A DNA stretch of 41,533 nucleotides from Octopus bimaculoides (Eukaryota): positions 36,228,111 through 36,269,643 of the forward strand of contig NC_068999.1 of assembly GCF_001194135.2 (NCBI RefSeq), read 5' to 3'. Both the position numbers and the translations under genes were made by a program. The notes beneath the pieces were generated by a model that had not been told where the DNA came from, searched no databases, and was given only the letters and a program-made list of their open reading frames with translations. Shown one piece after another: positions 35,648-41,533 of the stretch. Positions within the stretch are counted from its first letter, which is position 1, and the number at the start of each line of letters is the position of its first letter.

Positions 35648-35817
35648 CAATGAAATAATTGGCTCCAAGGGTCAAGAGTTCATCTGGCACCACTGCATCA
35701 TTTTCTGTCTGGTTCTGTTTTATTAGATCCCCTTGAGATGTGTTGCAGGTTAGAAATCCTTCATCGGTCACGTGGTAGAAAAGAATGGCGTAACGGGAAG
35801 CCCAGTCTTCTTCTAGG
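35648..35817 (-). CDS. Internal coding exon: cupredoxin/ephrin-like domain, resembling the N-terminal region of eyes shut homolog (EYS-like)
   Basis: Acceptor TTATTTTGTTCTAGTTTCAG, donor TTG/GTCAGT, phase 2 to phase 1. Peptide LEEDWASRYAILFYHVTDEGFLTCNTSQGDLIKQNQTENDAVVPDELLTLGANYFI matches the recalled pattern I..YNV(S/T).E.F..C...V...(W/L)L..G..YFI of EYS/phytocyanin/ephrin folds. It carries N-glycosylation sequons NTS and NQT. Orthology is not verified. Confidence 0.72.
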
Positions 35818-35994
35818 CTGAAACTAGAACAAAATAAATATTAGAGACGACATTTAGAATATCATAATCGATAGCAACTAAAAATGCTGCAATTTTCATA
35901 AACAAAAGCAAGAATTGTAAAGCTTGTCCCTCGCTTTCTATGCTTTTGTTTCTTGTTTGTCTGTCTCTCGTCCTCTTTTTTTCTCTCTCTTTCC

Positions 35995-36038
<44 letters not shown>

Positions 36039-36041
36039 GTA

Positions 36042-36232
36042 TCACGGAGATGTACTTGCATAGCAAGTAACCTGATCTGAGATCGTGTGCTGGAACGAAA
36101 ACAATTGCAGCGTGGAAGGTGTTTATAAGCCATTTAAAATAGCACACAAAATCCGTTAGATTCAGTTCAACATTTAAATTTAATTTGTCAAAATATCTTC
36201 GTCGCTTTGAGACCGCGACCTGTTCACTGACA
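36042..36232 (-). mobile_element. Probable interspersed repeat end abutting (TA)n
   Basis: CACGGAGATGTACTTGCATAGC...GAGACCGCGACCTGTTCACTGAC resembles a recurrent octopus repeat from memory; unverified. Confidence 0.35.
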
Positions 36233-36342
36233 AAATTCTGTGCTGCATCTCAGAAAGTATGTGTATATACACTCACACACACATGCATACATACACATAT
36301 AAGTATATATGTATATACACGCATTCTTCTTTTATTCTGTCA

Positions 36343-36563
36343 TTCTTTTCCATGTTTCAGTCATTTGACCACGGCAAAGCTCGAGCACCGCCTTATAGTC
36401 GAACAAATCGATCTCAGGACTTATTTCTTAAGCGTATTACTGGTTCTATCGTGTGTTTTTTTTTTTTTGCCGAGCCGTTTAATTAAGACGTAAACACACC
36501 AACACTGATTTTCAAGCAGTGATGGAGAGACTAACACAGACACAAAGATGTACACATATACCT

Positions 36564-36600
<37 letters not shown>

Positions 36601-36761
36601 ACGGGCTTCCTTCAGTTTCCGCGTACCAAATCCACTCTCAAGAAGTTGGTCGGCCCTAAGCTATAGTAGAAGACATTTGCCCGAGGGGCCACATAATGGG
36701 CTTGAACTCGGAACTATGTGGTTGGGAAGCAAGCTTCTTAGCACACAGCTACACCTGCGCC
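36343..36761 (-). mobile_element. SINE family A, full length, internal (AT)n
   Basis: Both halves present: CATGTTTCAGTCATTTGACC...; ACGGGCTTCCTTCAGTTTCCG...GGTTGGGAAGCAAGCTTCTTAGCACACAGC. Confidence 0.88.
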
Positions 36762-37419
36762 TGTATATATATATATATATATATATGATGCAATCTTTTA
36801 CAACTACATTGACCAAAGTTCTACCGAAACAGGTGTCGCAAGCTTAGGCGCATTCGTCAGCTATTACTGTAAACTTACGCTGCACCAAGGACCCACAAGT
36901 GAGGCAGATCTTTGGTTATTAATTGGATTCGTTATTTTCACAACTGCTGTATCTTGTCAGCATTTGTTATGTACATCTATTGTACTTTTCACTGTCAGTT
37001 CCATGGGATTATACCTGGCCAATATCTGGCGTCTTACATGTTTATGTGCCTCGATTCTTAATGAATCCCTATAACTGAATGATATGTATATATGCGAGGA
37101 AAATTCTTTCTTATGATAAAAAGGTGTAAAAGCACCATAGCTCTCCAGTGCTGCCCTTATATATTTTATGATTTCGCTTAGGCATAGGAGAGAATTCAAC
37201 AGTTGTTAGGACAGAATATATTTATGCCCTAGAGTAAACAGTCAGATGAATGCAGTGCATAATATCAGTTGACAAATTACAAAAGAGCAGGAGTGACGTA
37301 ATCACTTTCATTAGCTTACAGCTACTTCTACCATGAGAAGCGTGGCATGCAGAACGGACTGTACGTGAGGCATCTTATAGGGTCGTCGGAGCCGTTTATA
37401 CGAAGTGTTTGACTATAGC

Positions 37420-37443
37420 TAGATAGATAGATGATAGATAGAT

Positions 37444-37518
<75 letters not shown>
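37420..37518. repeat. (GATA)n tetranucleotide repeat
   Basis: Direct. Confidence 0.95.
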
Positions 37519-37519
<1 letters not shown>

Positions 37520-38230
37520 TGCATACATACACACACACATATATAAGCGTACAGGGTGGGGCTGATCGCTAAGATAATAATTTTCATACTGGTTACTAAT
37601 TCCATGTGTGTGCACGTGTGTATATAGTTTTCGAGCTAGATTATAAATCTGTTTCTGCACATACACGCATACGCATATACTCAGACACTCAAACACACAC
37701 ACACACTCACTCACACACATACACCTTCACACACGCCCATGAAATAAATATTCTTTAAGCGGAGCAAGAATATTTCCTTGCTAAGTTTATTAAAGTCGCT
37801 CTGTGGTCTTGAACATAATAAAATTGCCTGGAATTCAAAGCTGTAACATAATAATAATGCAAACGAAATTATTCTTGTTAATAAATCAAATCTCATATAT
37901 ATTACAATCAATATATATATATTTCATATATTTTACTGCAGATATATTATTGTTAATCTGGATCAGGCATGCCCATCTGAATATATATTCGCATATAATG
38001 TCTTTATCAGAAGTCACAATGAGAAAGTTATAATGAAAGAACTCGAATTATATACCCGGGTAGTTTTTGTGGACAGGAATGATAGTTCATTCTAAATACC
38101 CGGAACGTCGTGAAATCCAGATAAAGTCTCTTTGAGGGTAAAATTTTACAGTATACGAGCTTGATTATCCGAGTGAAGAATAACAATTTTATAAGTGTAT
38201 TCATAATGCTAACAATATATATATATATAG

Positions 38231-38280
<50 letters not shown>

Positions 38281-38443
38281 GTCTGTGTGTGTATGTATTC
38301 GTCAAATATTGTGAGTATATTTTCGTGCTCCAAGAAACTGAATATAATAGAATTGCATCAGAATTAGATATACAGCTGAATATATAATAATTAACGTAAT
38401 GCAAACGAAATCGATCATGGAAATAAATCAAGGTATATATGTA

Positions 38444-38485
<42 letters not shown>

Positions 38486-40100
38486 NNNNNNNNNNNNNNN
38501 NNNNNNNNNNNNNNNNNNNNNNNNNNNNNNNNNNNNNNNNNNNNNNNNNNNNNNNNNNNNNNNNNNNNNNNNNNNNNNNNNNNNNNNNNNNNNNNNNNNN
38601 NNNNNNNNNNNNNNNNNNNNNNNNNNNNNNNNNNNNNNNNNNNNNNNNNNNNNNNNNNNNNNNNNNNNNNNNNNNNNNNNNNNNNNNNNNNNNNNNNNNN
38701 NNNNNNNNNNNNNNNNNNNNNNNNNNNNNNNNNNNNNNNNNNNNNNNNNNNNNNNNNNNNNNNNNNNNNNNNNNNNNNNNNNNNNNNNNNNNNNNNNNNN
38801 NNNNNNNNNNNNNNNNNNNNNNNNATATATATATATATATATATATACATGGATACATATATACATATGTGATATAAAACAAATGACAAGGCTGTAAGAG
38901 ATTATCCCATGGACTTCACCAACTTACAGGTGTTTCTGCCATGGGATGCAATGTATTCATATTTGAGTGCTTGCGTATCACTCTATAACTTCAACACAGC
39001 AACCAAAATGAAGTGCAATTTTATCTTGGAAAACGTGTACCTTTATATATGTTCCCAGATGGCATTTATGTATATGTGTGTGTGTGTGTGTGGGTGTGTG
39101 TGTATGAGAGTTCTGTTGAATTCAAAGTCAGCTATAGGGCTCATTGAATCTCCTTTGTAAATAATGAATCTAAAACTTAAACGGCCCTCGCATTTTATAT
39201 CAATAAATTAGAAAATATTAATAATAAGTACGCTTTAAAATTGGTCTTGGAGTGTTTGGCCTCATGTCGACATAAGTACTTTTCTACTTTTAAATTTTTC
39301 TCACTATAATAATTAATTAATCTATACAATTTAAATTATCTTACCCCATCAAATTTTGAGCTCGTCCTAGGTTATATTCGTATATATTTCATGGACTAGC
39401 TAACCGTATAATTTTTTTAATTCTTTTTGTAATTTTCTTAGTAGTTGTACAATATGAACGTTTGTTCAATCACCTGGAATCTCAAAATTTGTGAAATTTT
39501 TATACTTGTATATAATTACAGTATCTTAAACATATTCTTACAATATTATGAATAATTTTATGATTTTGTTTAAAATTCTGAATCCGTGCTTATTCTCTGA
39601 TGAAGGAAATGTGGATTACTGAAGTTGAAAAGTATTTACCTACAAATCTATTCGCACATTCCCGGAAATAGCCGTAAGATTCTTTCGTATTTATTGGATT
39701 CGTTTGGGAACTTCCCTTTTGGATTATTGTGAACTGCCATCTCATCAGCTCGAGATTTTGATTTGTCTGTGTGTATTTATGCAATTCGTTTTCCGACTTT
39801 GATTTAGGCGCGGAGTTACATTATATATATATATTGTGTGTGTGTATGTGTGTGTGTGTGTGTGTTTATATGTTATATGTTCACATATTTATAAAGTCTT
39901 ATATACACCCTCTGTATTTAGATGCGTGTTGCCTTCGATGAGGAGTATTACTGACCTTGAAATTTGTCACTTTGCAGTTAATTTTAATCTAATCGCTCAA
40001 TAAATTGAAACCTACGCTGTTGTTTCTTGAAAAGAGTTCACCTCTTTAATTTTTCATTGCCATCATTAGCTCAAGTAGAGCACTTCCTACGGAAACAACT

Positions 40101-41230
40101 ATGGAGAGACAGTGTTTTGCTCTATCAATTAAGAACATCCCTATTCCTTCGAAACATTTACATATGGAGAGCTTATTACACAGAAGAAGCGACTTAATTA
40201 AAAGACGGAGATGGAGAACGTTTTACTTCGATATAAGAGGCAAGAAATTAAATGAACAAATGGATAATTATAATTTAACGTCGTATAGCAATCTTCCGCA
40301 CAACCCTGAATTTTGAAATTTGAAAAGGACTTGATTTATATGGCGAAAAAGCTCAAATTCTCAAAAATCACAAACACTTTTCACAAAACTACAGGATGTT
40401 ATCTCCAACATAAGAAATTCGAATAACCTCCATGCTCTATCGGACAAAACTGGAAACTTATACTTTATTCCGATGGATTTGTATAATAGTATTATATTGA
40501 AAGAGCTAAAGTCTAGATATAAATTAGCACCTAATAATAGATTGAAAGAGATCAATAGGAAACGCTATAATTTGATTAATGTTTTAAAATTATTAGATAG
40601 GACTGAACCGTACTCCCCTAAGATTCCGCATTTTACCTTTAAAAATCATAAGGTAACTTGGTAAATTTCACAAGCGAACCCACTATCCAAATGATTTGTC
40701 CGATAAATTCGGACGTTAGTAAGATCAGTAAGTCTATTATAGATAGGATCATTCCCTATGTGAAAAGAGGCATGGCATTACCTCTTTGGAATAGTACTGG
40801 GGATGTGATTACTTCAGACTGCTCACTTCAAAATAAGAATAATACTTACTTCTTAGAATTTGATATTGAAAACTATTATCAGTAAATATCGCCTGACCTA
40901 TTAGATAAGGCTTTAACATTTGCGCAAAGATTTAGGAACGGTTCATCTTTAGACAGATATATAAATTAATAGCAAGGAAAACTTTAATCTCTTACAATAA
41001 TAAGGGTTGGACACGTAGTGACATCTATGATGACTGACATCATGATGGGATCGTCAGATTTTGCCTAAATTACAGATACAGTGGGATTATTTCTATTAAC
41101 AATAATTAAGGAGAAATTCCCAAATATAAATGGGGATTATATAGATATGACGCATTATTAGCCATCTCTGGTCTTCCTTTGCAAAAGGTAGGTAAAATTA
41201 GGAAGCAATTAAACAAAAAAGGTGCAGAAC
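40101..41230 (+). mobile_element. Decayed Penelope-like retroelement ORF (Naiad-type), N-terminus through the RT catalytic motif
   Basis: Motifs in order: SIKNIPIPSK...LIKRRRWRTFYF, DKTGNLY, PHFTFKNHK, ICPINSDVSKISKSIIDRI, LWNSTGDVI, FDIENYYQ*IS.DLLDKAL.FA, DIMMGSSDFA, VGLFLL, GLYRYD (41140-41151, a mutated YRDD). Multiple stops and frameshifts. Confidence 0.88.
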
Positions 41231-41231
41231 A

Positions 41232-41301
<70 letters not shown>
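41232..41301. repeat. (TTA/TAA)n microsatellite, tail or target of the adjacent R4/Dong element
   Basis: Direct: about 23 units directly abutting the LINE 3' UTR. Confidence 0.95.
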
Positions 41302-41304
<3 letters not shown>

Positions 41305-41533
41305 TAGTTTTATTTTTATAACGTGCTTTCACTTCACTACCGAGCGCAGCTCTGTGCGCCTTGGGTATGTGCAGTGGTTTGCTGTGGTGCTCTTATGGTT
41401 ACTGTATTGAAAGTGTTTTGCGTAGGATGTGTGCTGTGCCCAGTAGTGCAATTTTCTGTATGTTATATATATTTGTAAGTCCTGGTGTTTTTGTTATGTA
41501 TTTGTCTGAATATTTTTTTATTATACCTAAGGC
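41302..41533 (-). mobile_element. R4/Dong-clade (restriction-like endonuclease) non-LTR retrotransposon, 3' end; continues beyond the window
   Basis: The open frame at 41399-41533 reads ALGIIKKYSDKYITKTPGLTNIYNIQKIALLGTAHILRKTLSIQ*, matching the R4-clade C-terminal ALG...IQK.ALLGTA.ILR motif. It is followed by a ~97-nt 3' UTR and (TAA)n. Confidence 0.88.

Noticed and set aside
626-38897. Dozens of ORFs made of HT, VC, YI, SL, RE repeats or X runs
   Set aside because: Translations of (CA)n, (GT)n, (TA)n, (CT)n and GATA tracts or N gaps; not coding evidence.
38928-39027. Minus-strand exon-like segment with signal-peptide-like LHFILVAVLKL*SDTQA and a GTAAGT donor
   Set aside because: Stops in all three frames and no in-frame ATG; invoking stop-codon editing is unsupported.
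40314-40316. In-frame TGA in the Naiad-type ORF as possible selenocysteine
   Set aside because: The copy has several TAA/TAG stops and frameshifts, so ordinary decay explains it; no SECIS visible.
1-41533. CRISPR array, rRNA or prokaryotic operon-like systems
   Set aside because: No regularly spaced repeat-spacer structure, no rRNA signatures and no gene-dense region; the sequence is eukaryotic intronic or intergenic DNA.

Overview
Repeat-saturated, AT-rich animal genomic DNA from a gappy draft assembly: ten N-runs, almost all flanked by (TA)n, (CA)n or (GT)n tracts. The tRNA-derived SINE families, RTE, Penelope-like and R4 relics and the very high microsatellite density point to an octopus (coleoid cephalopod) genome; this is an inference from recalled repeat families, not a search. 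Nearly all listed ORFs are microsatellite or gap artefacts. The best host-gene signal is one 170-nt minus-strand exon (35648-35817) encoding part of a cupredoxin/ephrin-like fold resembling the N-terminus of eyes shut homolog (EYS), so much of the window may be intron of a large gene. A few weaker exon candidates are flagged. The remainder is mobile-element fossil record: five SINE-like families (called A-E here), two RTE-BovB LINE fragments (one split by a SINE with a 16-bp TSD), a decayed Naiad-type Penelope-like RT truncated by a (TTA)n tract and the intact 3' end of an R4/Dong LINE, degenerate hammerhead-like motifs, a 110-bp-arm foldback element, and a 1-kb inverted four-SINE cluster that could form an ADAR substrate. 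I found no complete novel system that the sequence alone supports. There are no CRISPR arrays, rRNA genes or genuine tRNA genes. Repeat boundaries are approximate (about 10-20 bp) unless a TSD is given.
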